DNA from: Oscillospiraceae bacterium
GTDB taxonomy: Bacteria; Bacillota; Clostridia; Oscillospirales; Oscillospiraceae
NCBI GenBank assembly: GCA_017524845.1
Contig: JAFXUU010000118.1
Location: 101-64,100, forward strand
Direction of reading: 5' to 3'
Length of the DNA: 64,000 nucleotides
Shown: piece after piece, positions 63,513 through 64,000 of the stretch
Position numbering within the stretch: position 1 is the stretch's first letter
Layout: each line of letters opens with the position of its first letter
Notes under the pieces: model-generated
Databases searched by the model: none
What the model was told of the DNA's origin: nothing
The model's input: only the letters and a program-made list of their open reading frames with translations
Program-made: the position numbers and the translations under genes

Positions 63513-64000
63513 TCAGCCTTCCTTCCGCTTTTCCTCCAGCCAGGCCAGCACGTCGGCCCAGACCCGGGCCTTGTCCTTCTCGTTGAGCACCTCGTGCCGG
63601 TCCCCGGCGTAGAGCTTCAGGCTGACGTCCCGGAGCCCCGCTTTTCTGAAGGCTTCGCAGCTCTGCTTCACGCCCCTGCCGCAGGAGCCCACCGGGTCCC
63701 GGTCTCCGGCGATGAAGAGCACCGGCAGGTCGGGCATCTTCGCCAGGTTCTCCTTCCGCTGGTTGCGGCCGAGGCCCTCCAGCATGGCCAGGACCAGGCC
63801 CGTGGAGGGGACGAAGCCGCAGAGGGGGTCTTCCCCGTAGCGCGCCACCACCGCCGGATCGGAGCAGATCCAGGCGTCCGGGGAGGTCTCCCCGGGAAAC
63901 TGCTTCCCGTAGGCCCCGAACATCAGCTGCTGCAGCTTCGGGCTGGGCTCGTCCGCCCCCTGCTTTTTGATCTCCCGCCTTGTCAGGAGCTTCCCCGCCG
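63513..64000 (-). CDS. alpha/beta hydrolase (lysophospholipase / monoacylglycerol-lipase-like), C-terminal part; gene continues past the window end
   Basis: The frame stays open from 64000 through the track start at 63923. LFIAGDRDPV (Asp) and YAGDRHEVLNE (His) are the C-terminal catalytic-triad blocks. Confidence 0.75.
   Translation of the reverse strand, partial: AGKLLTRREIKKQGADEPSPKLQQLMFGAYGKQFPGETSPDAWICSDPAVVARYGEDPLCGFVPSTGLVLAMLEGLGRNQRKENLAKMPDLPVLFIAGDRDPVGSCGRGVKQSCEAFRKAGLRDVSLKLYAGDRHEVLNEKDKARVWADVLAWLEEKRKEG

Noticed and set aside
1-64000. Search for rRNA, tRNA, tmRNA, transposase or integrase genes.
   Set aside because: No T-loop/anticodon-arm-like cloverleaf candidates, no rRNA-like conserved stretches and no DDE- or tyrosine-recombinase-like ORFs were recognised on either strand. 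This was visual inspection only, so tRNAscan-SE or Infernal should confirm it.

Overview
High-GC (roughly two-thirds G+C) chromosomal segment. Gene content and Shine-Dalgarno usage look like an anaerobic Firmicute of the Clostridia; an Oscillospiraceae/Ruminococcaceae-type gut organism is an inference only. About 53 real genes are packed on both strands. Many very long antisense 'shadow' ORFs are artefacts of the GC content. Content is mainly core metabolism: PFOR/nifJ, prs, gpsA, birA, alr, udp, galE, copA-csoR and a MATE pump. There are also cell-envelope genes: a five-gene UDP-uronic-acid type nucleotide-sugar operon, a CpsC/CpsD/CpsB/LCP capsule-regulatory module with an embedded sortase B and its SPQTG substrate, and two secreted proteins made of Ig-like repeats. 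No rRNA, tRNA, CRISPR array, transposase or integrase was seen. The main observations worth follow-up are listed here. (1) A nitrogenase-like system in which a complete NifH-type ATPase is fused in one ORF to a NifD/E-type subunit, followed by a NifK/N-type partner and a double-cupin protein. (2) A probable cobalamin riboswitch with its own promoter and terminator upstream of a secreted Ig-repeat protein. (3) Three unusual domain fusions: XRE-HTH with a UDP-glucose dehydrogenase paralogue, CYTH with alanine racemase, and the NifH-NifD fusion. (4) Two disrupted genes: an in-frame TAG in a conserved GG(Q/E)D motif of a BcrAD/BadFG-type activase, and a C-tract frameshift in wecB. (5) A family of modular, hairpin-associated intergenic repeats, two copies of which bracket galE. 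(6) An orphan ImmA / S24-repressor / sigma-r4 / zinc-ribbon regulatory island. (7) A (Gly-Tyr)8 tract on the CpsC-like modulator next to a Tyr-rich BY-kinase tail. All family assignments come from motif recognition by eye; no database search was possible.
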